Below, in pieces: positions 16,545 through 24,915 of a stretch of DNA of 43,722 nt. The notes beneath the pieces are model-generated. The model ran no database searches, was not told the origin of the DNA, and worked only from the letters and a program-made list of their open reading frames with translations. Every line of letters begins with the position of its first letter. The first letter of the stretch is position 1. Source of the DNA: a virus; the IMG/VR virus record IMGVR_UViG_3300045988_028128, positions 1 to 43,722 of that record, one strand, 5' to 3'. The translations under genes were made by a program, and so were the position numbers.

Positions 16545-17228
16545 TTACATTTTCGCCCTTTCGTCGTCCGGGTCGTTGTCGTCGCCCTCGGTTGCCGGGT
16601 CGTCAACGTCCGGGAACAATCCGGATGCATCATTCACACCGGGGGCGGCGTTTCCGTCGGCTCCGAACAATTCCAATTGCGCCTTTTTGCCTTTGAACAA
16701 AAATGCGTAAACCTCGTTTTCAATGTCCCCAGCGATTTCCTCCAATTCCTCCTCAAATCCGAACGTTTCCGTATTGAATTTCAGACGGGGCGAATTAATG
16801 GCGGTTTTCTGATTGCTAGATACGGTAAACAACCCGGTCAATACAACGCCTACGTTATCATCTTGACCGGAAAAGGATACGCCCCGCACCTCAATTGCTT
16901 TCAACATTTCGTCCGCAAAATCACGGGCGGCGTCTTTCTGCTTTTGGTTTGCCTTTGTGTCCGGGGCTTCAATAAACGACAAAAAGGACGTAATATTGAA
17001 AATACGACCCATGATTGGACGCAAGCGGTTGAAACAATCCGCTAAATCCGGGTGTATGTCCTTTGCGCTTTCGACGTGGTATTTGTTCGTGTATCTCTCA
17101 TTACCGACCGTTTCGGTAACTTCATAATGCACGTCCAACCCGCCGTCCTTTATCAACTTGACCTTTGACAATGCAAATGCCTTTTCTGACGGGACAAACA
17201 TAACGTCCTTTTCTTTTTTTTCTTCCAT
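16545..17228 (-). CDS. hypothetical protein with a QLELF clamp-binding-like motif and an acidic tail
   Basis: 227 aa and the first sizeable gene after promoter A. QLELF (nt 16665..16679) resembles the beta-clamp motif QL[SD]LF. The C-terminus is rich in D/E. Confidence 0.5.
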   Translation of the reverse strand: MEEKKEKDVMFVPSEKAFALSKVKLIKDGGLDVHYEVTETVGNERYTNKYHVESAKDIHPDLADCFNRLRPIMGRIFNITSFLSFIEAPDTKANQKQKDAARDFADEMLKAIEVRGVSFSGQDDNVGVVLTGLFTVSSNQKTAINSPRLKFNTETFGFEEELEEIAGDIENEVYAFLFKGKKAQLELFGADGNAAPGVNDASGLFPDVDDPATEGDDNDPDDERAKM

Positions 17229-17558
17229 TGTAATAAAGATTTTATTGCGGGGGAACCCGCCCCCGCTCGGTTTTTAAATTTCCTCGGTTACATAACGCCG
17301 CAATTCGGTTTGGAACAATTCCCGCTCCTCCTCGGCTTGTTATTACCAAATTGTAACGTCTTTTTTCTGAATATCCATTTGCCAACAAGCGATAAACACG
17401 TTTTGCAAATTCTCGTTTGAATACAGTATTGCGCAATCTTTGGTTCGCACTAACTGATTAGAACGATTGTTTGCCGTATGCGTCAATCGGGTAAACGTAC
17501 TCAATAAAATAAGCCGTTTTTGTCTGTTTTGCGGTTTCAAATGTTGTCATACTCTCGG

Positions 17559-17649
17559 TTTTTGTTCCGGGAACCCGCCCGGTCGGTGTTATTTTATGCC
17601 ACAAATATACGGAAAGTTTTTTAATTACCAAAAATAAAACCTTTTATTT
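17559..17649. repeat. 91-bp promoter-leader module, copy A (3 or 4 mismatches to 22062..22152)
   Basis: Aligned by eye. 17559..17624 is identical to 22062..22127 (66 nt). The match then continues with only a few substitutions. Confidence 0.9.
17602..17632 (-). promoter_or_regulatory. Bacteroidota-type promoter A (TTTG-N19-TATATTTG)
   Basis: On the minus strand, TTTG (17632..17629), a 19-nt spacer, then TATATTTG (17609..17602). This matches the -33 TTTG / -7 TAnnTTTG consensus of Bacteroides primary-sigma promoters. Confidence 0.7.
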
Positions 17650-17653
17650 GCGC

Positions 17654-18481
17654 TTAAAATTCGTTTTCATCCAATAACGCCTTTGTCGTGGGATTTGATG
17701 GGGTCGCCGGGCGTTCCAGATCCGGTTCCGGTACGACGGGTTCCGGGGACGCCGTGGCGGTTCCGATTGGCTCCGTTACCGGGTTGGGGTCGTGGAACTG
17801 AATATTACGCCCGCTTTGCCCCTTTTCCGGCTCAAATTTCATTGCGGATTGTTCTGACGGGTATTCCTTTTGTTTCAGCTCAATAATCCCTAATTCGACC
17901 AATTCCGGGACGCAACGGCGTAACGCTCGTATGTCCTGTAACGCATCATGCGCCGGGAACATTTCGCCGGGGAACAACTTTGCGTACAACTCTTCCAATT
18001 TGGGGAACTTTCCGGGCTTTCCATTGGAATAACACGCACCGACAAAACGTATTGTTTTCATCATGGTATCAACCCGTTTACCTTTGTGCAATGCGTCCTC
18101 GGCGTTGGCGTCGTAATACTCTTTGCCGCAATACCGCAATATGTTTGCTTTCAACATCGACGTATCGAAATAAATGTTGTGCGCACATACAAGATGGGCG
18201 GCGGCGGCATCCGCCAAAAATTCGTCCACAACCTCGGCGAACGGTACGCCATCGGCAATCGCCCGTTCGGTCGTTATGCCATGTATGGCGGTCGTTTCCG
18301 GGGGTATCTCGTAATTGTCCGGCTTAATTATAAAACTGCGTTCTTTGTTGCCCAATGACCATGCCAATTGGACGACGTGCGGAAACTCCATAAAATCGAC
18401 GTCCCATTTTTGGGACTTTCCCGAAACCCCGGTTGTTTCGCAATCGAAAAAACAAACATCGCTCAAATTAAAGACTTTCAT
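17654..18481 (-). CDS. DnaQ-like 3'-5' exonuclease (DEDDh)
   Basis: Exo I is FFDCETTG, Exo II is HNIYFDTSML and Exo III is HDALQDIRAL. The start is set at ATG 18481 (MKVFNLSD...). The upstream 71 codons of the track ORF overlap a better gene in another frame. Confidence 0.85.
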   Translation of the reverse strand: MKVFNLSDVCFFDCETTGVSGKSQKWDVDFMEFPHVVQLAWSLGNKERSFIIKPDNYEIPPETTAIHGITTERAIADGVPFAEVVDEFLADAAAAHLVCAHNIYFDTSMLKANILRYCGKEYYDANAEDALHKGKRVDTMMKTIRFVGACYSNGKPGKFPKLEELYAKLFPGEMFPAHDALQDIRALRRCVPELVELGIIELKQKEYPSEQSAMKFEPEKGQSGRNIQFHDPNPVTEPIGTATASPEPVVPEPDLERPATPSNPTTKALLDENEF

Positions 18482-18503
18482 GTTACGACGTTTTAAAATG
18501 TTA

Positions 18504-18707
18504 TTAATCTTTTTCGCTATCTCGGCGGTATTTATCCTGCTTTTGTTCAACCTCCAATACATCCCGGTTTTCCTCGACGTACTGTTTGACGTCCTTACGG
18601 CAAAACGGTTGTTGCTCCAACCAAAGCAAATGCCAATAAGGAACGGTTTGCATTTGTTGACCCTTGTATTTGCCTTGCGGCATTGGGTCGGCATCCTGTA
18701 AACTCAT
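18504..18707 (-). CDS. DUF3820-like small protein
   Basis: 67 aa. MPQGKYKGQQMQTVPYWHLLWL resembles the MPFGKYKG...YLxWL signature of DUF3820. Confidence 0.5.
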   Translation of the reverse strand: MSLQDADPMPQGKYKGQQMQTVPYWHLLWLEQQPFCRKDVKQYVEENRDVLEVEQKQDKYRRDSEKD

Positions 18708-18898
18708 AATTTCAATTTCATTTGCCCGATTTTTTCGGGGGTTTGTTCAACATAAGCCGCACCCGTAACCCATGAACATTTACAATTTTGGCAATATAAA
18801 CGGCTCCAATGGTGCGGGGTGTATTTCGACCGGATAACCCGCCAACCCGTTAACGGGTAATCTTTGCGTTTGCCGCCGCACTTGCAAAACATAATCAA
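18704..18898 (-). CDS. small zinc-ribbon protein
   Basis: 64 aa with CKCGG ... CQNCKC and 4-nt overlaps on both sides. Confidence 0.5.
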   Translation of the reverse strand: MIMFCKCGGKRKDYPLTGWRVIRSKYTPHHWSRLYCQNCKCSWVTGAAYVEQTPEKIGQMKLKL

Positions 18899-19326
18899 AG
18901 GGTTTGCGGGTCGTCAATATATGCGTTGTATTCCTCGGCGGCTAACTGTTTGATGGTTTCGATATGTTCGATTAACTCGGCGTTGCTCAAATCGGCAATT
19001 TCCCGTAATTCGTGGGTATATTCCCCCGTATCGTAATCGACCGTTTCGGCGTGCATAATCGGCGACCATTCCCGCAAACGACGTTCGGTTTGCTCCTCGG
19101 TCAACCTTTCGCCCGCCTCCCAAATAGCGTGTTTAAACGTGGGTACAACGTAATTGAAATAATAACCTTTGATGGCGGCGGACGAACCGGGGGACGCAAC
19201 GACGAACCGGGCAATTACCCGGCTACCTTTATGCAGGGCAAAAAATGCGTTTAATTCGCCCATATACATTGCCAACCCGCCGTTTTGGTTAATCGTTCCC
19301 GTCGCTGTTATCTCTCTCCTTTTCAT
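18895..19326 (-). CDS. hypothetical protein
   Basis: 143-aa ORF. Its start context GGACGATGA is a variant of the recurrent motif. It overlaps the upstream gene by 38 nt, so a later start at 19269 or 19263 is possible. Confidence 0.5.
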   Translation of the reverse strand: MKRREITATGTINQNGGLAMYMGELNAFFALHKGSRVIARFVVASPGSSAAIKGYYFNYVVPTFKHAIWEAGERLTEEQTERRLREWSPIMHAETVDYDTGEYTHELREIADLSNAELIEHIETIKQLAAEEYNAYIDDPQTL

Positions 19327-20566
19327 CGTCCAATAACTTTTGCATGGTTTCGTTAAACGCTATCATACCCAAATCCCGGATAAATTGGCGGTCGGCTGTG
19401 GAATATCCCGTTGCGACCTTATCCAACACCTGTGCAAACAATACGACAAAATCGCCCGGAACCAATTTACCGGCGGCGTGCAATTTGTCGATTGGGTGCG
19501 ATTTGAGTTTTTCGCCACGTTTCCCGGCTTTCATACGGGCGGTTTCCCGGTCGTTCCAAAGGCTTGTAATTTGCTTTGCCACGTTGTTGTAAAAGAGTGG
19601 TAACAACAATACGTCCTCAATACTCATGTCGGCAACCTTTTTATCCGGGGTTTCCTCCGGGACGGGTTCCGGGGCGACCTCCTCCGGTTCCGGTGCATCC
19701 TCGGTACGGGGCAAATGTTTTTCGGCGTCTGCCATAACCGTTGCGGCTTCGTTCGACGCCTCGGCAAAGCCTTTTACGGCTTTCGTTACCTTTTTGATTG
19801 TGTCGGCGGTTGCTCCGTTGACGCCATAACCGAACAACGCAAAATCGCCCTTTGCCGGGTCGTCCGGGAATATCTCGGCGAAACGTTCGGTAATCTCTAT
19901 TGCGGTCGTCAAATCCAGCGTCCAGCGTTTTACCAACCCCAACCGCAATGCCTGTTTGTGTACGTGGGTATCCAACGGAATAATCAAATTGCGGGGATCG
20001 CATACGTCCCACAATCCAAAGTCAACCGGGGAACCCTTGCGACACATCCAACGCAAAAACAGACACAACCGTTTACAAGCCGATTGCGTTTCAAAATCCG
20101 GGATACCATTCACGGAACCGAACAAAGATTGCAGCGTTGCTAATGCGGTTTCCCCATTCGTTTCGTGCGCTTTCTTTATTACCGCCTCCATGTTTTCCGC
20201 CGACGTGTAAACATCATACAGACGGGCGCAAAGGTCGTGAAAATCGCCAAACGTAAACGTCCGGTACAAACAATCGGTACTCCCTTGGTATTGCTCCCAT
20301 TCGGGGCGGTTCCCCCGCTCAACCGTATTGCCGACAATGTAATGATACGGTTCGCCCTTGAAAATTTTCCGGTCGATAAAATCCGCCTTTTTGATTATCT
20401 GTTTACGATTTCCCCACGCAATCCACGCCGTAACAAAGGCGGATATTTCGATATTTACCCGGCTATCGTAACGGTGCGGGATTTGTACGGGGTCGGCGTT
20501 GATAAAATCGGCGGTTTCGTATTGTTCCGCCCAACGTTTCAAATTTTCGTTCAATGTAAAAGCCAT
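19289..20566 (-). CDS. TIGR02757/DUF2400-family protein fused to an additional C-terminal domain
   Basis: 425 aa. The N-terminal ~265 aa carries family hallmarks as I recall them. These are YETADFINADPVQIPHRY, SACKRLCLFLRWMCRKGSPVDFGLWD, LIIPLDTHVHKQALRLGL and DPAKGDFALFGYGVN. A Pro/Glu linker and a ~110-aa extra domain follow. Confidence 0.65.
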   Translation of the reverse strand: MAFTLNENLKRWAEQYETADFINADPVQIPHRYDSRVNIEISAFVTAWIAWGNRKQIIKKADFIDRKIFKGEPYHYIVGNTVERGNRPEWEQYQGSTDCLYRTFTFGDFHDLCARLYDVYTSAENMEAVIKKAHETNGETALATLQSLFGSVNGIPDFETQSACKRLCLFLRWMCRKGSPVDFGLWDVCDPRNLIIPLDTHVHKQALRLGLVKRWTLDLTTAIEITERFAEIFPDDPAKGDFALFGYGVNGATADTIKKVTKAVKGFAEASNEAATVMADAEKHLPRTEDAPEPEEVAPEPVPEETPDKKVADMSIEDVLLLPLFYNNVAKQITSLWNDRETARMKAGKRGEKLKSHPIDKLHAAGKLVPGDFVVLFAQVLDKVATGYSTADRQFIRDLGMIAFNETMQKLLDDEKERDNSDGND

Positions 20567-20604
20567 TGTTATTGGGTATTAAGGGGGCATTGCGCCCCCG
20601 GTTA

Positions 20605-22050
20605 TTATTCGTTTTCCTCGTATTCCTCAATTTGCAAATCGTCTTGTCCTCGCTTAACCTCCTCAATAAAGCCCTGAAAGCCGTTTTTGCGGGCAATGTC
20701 GATAATGGTTTGCAATCTCTTTTCGCCCAAACTTTCGCCCCTTGCAATGCGGAATACCTTAACGGTCGGATTGCTTGCGAGTATCAATTTGGCGGCAACC
20801 TCCATTATCTGACTGTCTGAAACTTTCCCGGCGACGAAAGGCACGCCGTTTAATTCCAACCCGTCGTCCGTGAATGTCAATCCCTCAATCGGCAATTTGG
20901 ACGTCGCAATAAGTTGTTCCCGTTCCTTTGCCAATTCGCCCAATTTGTCGTCGTATGTCCGGGCGACCTTTTCGGCGGCGTCCCGTTGCTTTTTCTTGAT
21001 CGTGTAATCGACAACCAACGCATTGATACGGTTGTGTTCCTCGGCTTTTTTCAGTTGTTCCGCCGTATCCAAATTTTCCGGGTTGTTCTTTTCGTATTCC
21101 TCCAACCATTTGTCGGCATTGGCTTTGCGCTTTTCGTAATCGGCTTTGTCGGTTTCGATTTGCGCCAACGTGTCCTTTAACTCCTTTTTTATCGCTTTGG
21201 TTGACGTATCCGCCTCCTTTTCTGCATCCGCCAAACGTTGTTGCGCCTCGGCGATAATGCGGGCAACCTCCTTTTTCTCACACTCCAAATCCTCCCTAAT
21301 TTTGGCGGCGGATTGGGCATAGTCGGCGTTGGCTTTTTTGATACGCTCCGGGATTTGCTCCAACTGCGTTGTACGTTCTTGGCGGGCTTGGCGAACGGTT
21401 TTTGCCTTTTCAATCAACCGGGCGTTTTCGTTTTGTTCCTCCATTAACGCCGTTATGTCCTTTTTCTCGGCATACTCTTTGACGTCGCCGGGGCGCAACT
21501 GCTTTTCGGCGGCGGCGCAAATGGTCGTGTACGTCTTAACCTCGGCGTTGGCGTCCTTTCGCTTTTCCTTAACGGTCGTAACCTCGGCGTCGATTGCGTC
21601 GATACGGTTACGCACCTTTTCGGGCAACAAAGCCTTTACGACCTCAATTTGTTTACGGCGACCCTCGGCGGTTTCCGACCAACGGGAAAACTCCACGGCG
21701 TCAAAATCCGTATAACCGAATATGCGTTGCAACATGGTTACGTTGTCCGACCGCATCCCGGTTGTTTTCTGTTTGATTGATAACGTGCCACGGGGGTTGG
21801 CTTTGGTAAATCGCAATTCAACCTCGTATTCCTCGCCGTCGTCGCCGACAACCATTTTGGCAAACCCTTTGTCCTCGCCATTGCGCAACACGGCATCCCG
21901 GTTCCCAGTCAACATTGCGCCGATTGCTTTTAAAAGGGTCGATTTTCCCAACTCATTGTCCCCGGTAATGAAATATACATTACCCTCAAAATCTGCGTTG
22001 AACTCCTTAATTACTTGGAAATTCAACAATTCCATTCGTTTAATAATCAT
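20605..22050 (-). CDS. SMC/SbcC(Rad50)-like ATPase with a long coiled coil
   Basis: The N-terminal P-loop is FITGDNELGKSTLL, followed by ~250 aa of K/E/A-rich coiled coil and a C-terminal globular part. The start is set at ATG 22050 (MIIKRMELLNF). The track ORF extends upstream through the promoter-leader repeat. Confidence 0.65.
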   Translation of the reverse strand: MIIKRMELLNFQVIKEFNADFEGNVYFITGDNELGKSTLLKAIGAMLTGNRDAVLRNGEDKGFAKMVVGDDGEEYEVELRFTKANPRGTLSIKQKTTGMRSDNVTMLQRIFGYTDFDAVEFSRWSETAEGRRKQIEVVKALLPEKVRNRIDAIDAEVTTVKEKRKDANAEVKTYTTICAAAEKQLRPGDVKEYAEKKDITALMEEQNENARLIEKAKTVRQARQERTTQLEQIPERIKKANADYAQSAAKIREDLECEKKEVARIIAEAQQRLADAEKEADTSTKAIKKELKDTLAQIETDKADYEKRKANADKWLEEYEKNNPENLDTAEQLKKAEEHNRINALVVDYTIKKKQRDAAEKVARTYDDKLGELAKEREQLIATSKLPIEGLTFTDDGLELNGVPFVAGKVSDSQIMEVAAKLILASNPTVKVFRIARGESLGEKRLQTIIDIARKNGFQGFIEEVKRGQDDLQIEEYEENE

Positions 22051-22061
22051 CGCTCTATTGT

Positions 22062-22152
22062 TTTTTGTTCCGGGAACCCGCCCGGTCGGTGTTATTTTAT
22101 GCCACAAATATACGGAAAGTTTTTTAACGACCAAAAATAAATCCTTTTATTT
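22062..22152. repeat. 91-bp promoter-leader module, copy B
   Basis: Near-identical to 17559..17649 (see copy A). Confidence 0.9.
22105..22135 (-). promoter_or_regulatory. Bacteroidota-type promoter B (TTTG-N19-TATATTTG)
   Basis: On the minus strand, TTTG (22135..22132), a 19-nt spacer, then TATATTTG (22112..22105). Confidence 0.7.
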
Positions 22153-22171
22153 TCGATTATTTTTTGATTTT

Positions 22172-22288
22172 CTATAATAGCCGCCCCAACACAACGCATT
22201 TACCCACGCCGTCGAACTCAACCAACATATTACCGTTGCGTCCTCGTATGCACTTTCCATTAGGACGACGAACCGCCCGGCACGGCAT
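22172..22288 (-). CDS. very small basic protein (38 aa, not in the ORF track)
   Basis: Manual translation gives MPCRAVRRPNGKCIRGRNGNMLVEFDGVGKCVVLGRLL followed by TAG. It occupies an otherwise empty 180-nt gap. An in-frame TTG at 22312 is an alternative start. Confidence 0.3.
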   Translation of the reverse strand: MPCRAVRRPNGKCIRGRNGNMLVEFDGVGKCVVLGRLL

Positions 22289-22338
22289 ACGTCGCAATTC
22301 CGGGCGGGTCAATCGGTCGCCTAAATAAATGTATTCAT

Positions 22339-22560
22339 TTACCATAATTTCAATTGTGTATCGGTCAATACGGCAACCACGGCGTCAACCTTTTGTTCCC
22401 AACCGTTCCGGGTTGCGACCTTTTCCGGGGTTGCGTTCCGTTCGCACCTCCGTTGGTTGTGGCGCATCTGTTTTACCATTTCCACAAATTCCGGTAATGT
22501 TATTTCCGCCAAATTTTCGATTTGCGGGGTTGTTTTATCGTCTGCCATATCTTTACCCAT
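22339..22560 (-). CDS. hypothetical protein
   Basis: 73-aa ORF downstream of the resolvase gene. Confidence 0.5.
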   Translation of the reverse strand: MGKDMADDKTTPQIENLAEITLPEFVEMVKQMRHNQRRCERNATPEKVATRNGWEQKVDAVVAVLTDTQLKLW

Positions 22561-22587
22561 TTGATAAGAGAAAACGCCCCTACGGGC

Positions 22588-23124
22588 TTAAAATAGTTTT
22601 CCGTGCATGGTTGCGGGTAAATTTTCCAATACCCATTTCGGTTGGGTCTGCAAAACGTACCGTCCAAAGTGTAATATCATAAGGGCGTCGGCGTTCCACA
22701 ATGTCGCCTTAACGTCCGGGTAATAATCGGCGGCGGCTCGTTGGTATCGCTTTTTCCGTTCGGGCTTTTCCTCCCCTTTTACCCGTAATTTAAGGGTGTT
22801 TTGCCACTTTTGCGGGTGTACCAAAACAAACGGTACGTCGCACATCGCAATAATAGTTTTCAATTTCTCAAACTCGGATAACAGTTTTTGCACTCGAAAG
22901 GCTTTGCCGGGGTTGTCGTTTACATCGTCCGGGCGCAATTGCACCTTTTCGACGAATACCAACGGGCGGCAAATGCTTTTCATATACTCAAACCATTGTT
23001 TCAACTCCATAAGGTCGCCCGGCATTTTGATAACCTCGGTTTTGTGGTTTGGACGCCAAACAGCAATTCCCCCGGTTTTGCCGGGGTCAATGCCAATAAT
23101 ACAATCAATCGTTATTGTGTTCAT
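22588..23124 (-). CDS. RuvC-like Holliday junction resolvase
   Basis: 178 aa. It has IIGIDPGKTGGIAVW (first catalytic Asp), VFVEKV (Glu) and ADALMILH (late Asp), the pattern of phage RuvC-fold resolvases. Confidence 0.7.
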   Translation of the reverse strand: MNTITIDCIIGIDPGKTGGIAVWRPNHKTEVIKMPGDLMELKQWFEYMKSICRPLVFVEKVQLRPDDVNDNPGKAFRVQKLLSEFEKLKTIIAMCDVPFVLVHPQKWQNTLKLRVKGEEKPERKKRYQRAAADYYPDVKATLWNADALMILHFGRYVLQTQPKWVLENLPATMHGKLF

Positions 23125-24055
23125 CTTTCCAATAAGTCAAATAATTATCAACTTGCAATTCCTCCGCAACCATGCGGGCAAATGCGTTTCGTATCTCTTT
23201 GAGGCGGGCAACCTCAAACGCTGTGTAATCAATTTCCCGGCTCTTTGTTCCGTCCCGGCGGACGTGTTCGGCTGTATATCGGTTTACCCACCCGGCGGCA
23301 ACTCGTTGCATATACCGGGACAATGCGGTTTTACGGTCGTCCTCGGTTTCCTGTACATCGTCCGCCAATCCGACGGCGTGCAACCAATTGTAAATAAACA
23401 TATCGTCAAACATAGATGGAATATATTTGCCCCTGTATTTGTATCGCAAAAATGCGTTCCGGCAACGCTCGACCGTTTCGTTGTGGTATTGCTTTTTTTG
23501 CTCCGGGCTTATTTCCCGATTTGGTTCCGGCAAAGCCGCATACGCTTTGGATATTGTCCCGTTCTGCTTTCGCCTGTATGCGTTCAATATCTTTGCGAAA
23601 TAATCGGCGTTGAATTGTTGGTAATGGTTTTTATCCGGGTTCCCGTTGCTATCTCTCGGAAAAAACTCGTTTAACTCCCCGGTTGTTGCCAACTCAAAAG
23701 CCAATTTAATATCCGCCAATGTCATTTGCGAATAGTATTTTTTGAGTATATCCAACAACCGGGTACACATATACGCCCAATCGTTTTGCTCCGTGGGTAT
23801 CCTAAACCCAACGTCCATTGCAATAAACCGGAACATTTGCGCCGTTTTTTCGACCAACGCCCCGTCGTCCATTTCGCAAATTTGCGTTTTAGTGGACGCC
23901 GCAAAAATGTACTTTTCAACCTGGGTTAACGCTTTGGCAACCTCAGGCAACTCGACCATTTGGCGACGTATTGCAATCGCTTTGGTTCCGGGCGGCGGGT
24001 TGTATATCGCAACCGCAACCGTCGCTTGCTGTATTTTTTCCGGTAAATTTCCCAT
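23105..24055 (-). CDS. hypothetical replication-module protein
   Basis: 316-aa ORF immediately downstream of the initiator-like gene (ATG 24055 shares one base with the upstream stop). No NTPase motif is seen. Confidence 0.5.
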   Translation of the reverse strand: MGNLPEKIQQATVAVAIYNPPPGTKAIAIRRQMVELPEVAKALTQVEKYIFAASTKTQICEMDDGALVEKTAQMFRFIAMDVGFRIPTEQNDWAYMCTRLLDILKKYYSQMTLADIKLAFELATTGELNEFFPRDSNGNPDKNHYQQFNADYFAKILNAYRRKQNGTISKAYAALPEPNREISPEQKKQYHNETVERCRNAFLRYKYRGKYIPSMFDDMFIYNWLHAVGLADDVQETEDDRKTALSRYMQRVAAGWVNRYTAEHVRRDGTKSREIDYTAFEVARLKEIRNAFARMVAEELQVDNYLTYWKDEHNND

Positions 24056-24915
24056 TAATCGTAATCCTTTAAAAACTCCATTGCGCCGCTAACATTCAAT
24101 TTGTTTTGCGGGGCTTGGTGTTCGGGTTTCAAATGTAATTTTTTCTTTTCAACGTCCCCCCGTATGAAATTGCGAACCGTAGCAACCCAACCGTTGAACG
24201 TTCGTTTTACTCCAATCTTTGTGTCCGACCAATCGGCGACGGAATGAAAGTAATAAACCAAATCCACGGGCGCAAATTCCGGCGTCGCAAACAGTTTTTC
24301 AAACTCGGAATAATCGTTGCCCTTTACCAACTTGAAAACCCCGGAATTGCGGAATATGGTTGTTTTCTTTTTATCGTTCTGAACCTCCAATTGTTCGTCA
24401 GGGAACAAATCCTCGACAACATCGTTGGCGGGATTATCTCTATTATCATTATTAGTATTATCTATATTATTACTATTATACCCTAAACTTTCGTTTAGGG
24501 GTTCCTCTAAACTTTTGTTTAGGGGGGGTATAAACTTTTGTTTAGGGGTATAAACTTCGGTTGATATTGTTGTTGCTTTATCTGTAAATGTTAATAGTTC
24601 GTAATTTTCCCCAAAACAATAAAGCGTTTTATTATATAATTCGCAATTGGGATGTTTTTGCAGAATTTCCGCCCTAATTAAATTGTCAATCCGTTTTATA
24701 AGTCCTTTATTTGTTTTGATATTCAATAACGGCATTTCATCCAATATTAACTTATGGGAAATCCAAAAATATATACCCTCCGGGGTGTGCATCTTAACGC
24801 AATTTGTACAATTCGCAAAATCTTTAATAAAATCGAATATTGCCAAATCTATTAAATCCAAATCTAATCCGCTATTAACGGCGGCGTATTGGTTTATTAA
24901 AATCGTATATTTCAT
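24055..24915 (-). CDS. replication initiator-like DNA-binding protein (winged-helix N-terminus) containing the putative origin
   Basis: 286 aa. The N-terminal wHTH-like segment is FWISHKLILDEMPLLNIKTNKGLIKRIDNLIRAEIL. The central linker is encoded by the iterons plus the AT-rich tract (NSNNIDNTNNDNRDN). It lies in an AT-rich island. Confidence 0.5.
   Translation of the reverse strand: MKYTILINQYAAVNSGLDLDLIDLAIFDFIKDFANCTNCVKMHTPEGIYFWISHKLILDEMPLLNIKTNKGLIKRIDNLIRAEILQKHPNCELYNKTLYCFGENYELLTFTDKATTISTEVYTPKQKFIPPLNKSLEEPLNESLGYNSNNIDNTNNDNRDNPANDVVEDLFPDEQLEVQNDKKKTTIFRNSGVFKLVKGNDYSEFEKLFATPEFAPVDLVYYFHSVADWSDTKIGVKRTFNGWVATVRNFIRGDVEKKKLHLKPEHQAPQNKLNVSGAMEFLKDYD
24483..24565. repeat. putative origin iterons: four tandem copies of a 16-bp palindromic unit
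   Basis: The copies are CTAAACTTTCGTTTAG (24483..24498), CTAAACTTTTGTTTAG (24507..24522), ATAAACTTTTGTTTAG (24530..24545) and a degenerate ATAAACTTCGGTTGAT (24550..24565). Spacing is 24, 23 and 20 bp. The first three copies are followed by a G-run. Next to them lies a tract with 8 G+C in 50 nt (24431..24480). Confidence 0.65.

Noticed and set aside
17242-17550. A 30-aa ORF (ATG 17550) and the 64-aa track ORF are in the same frame, separated by a single TAA (17460..17458). Possible stop-codon readthrough or recoding.
   Set aside because: TAA is used as a normal terminator by many genes here. The downstream translation runs through a GC hairpin and looks non-protein-like. Known gut-phage recoding involves TAG or TGA, not TAA. 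The region is more likely an untranslated leader, or at most a short leader peptide.
17654-18694. N-terminal extensions of track ORFs 17654..18694, 20605..22134 and 28079..28576
   Set aside because: The extensions read through promoter and leader sequence or through a better gene in another frame. Internal ATGs (18481, 22050, 28507) give motif-complete proteins with the usual start context.
22796-23674. Long plus-strand ORFs (this 292-aa one; also 4632..5213, 12851..13435, 40044..40568 and 42669..43181, among others)
   Set aside because: All lie antisense to well-supported minus-strand genes. Their translations are low-complexity and rich in R/C/F/L. They have no promoter or start context. 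They are shadow ORFs.
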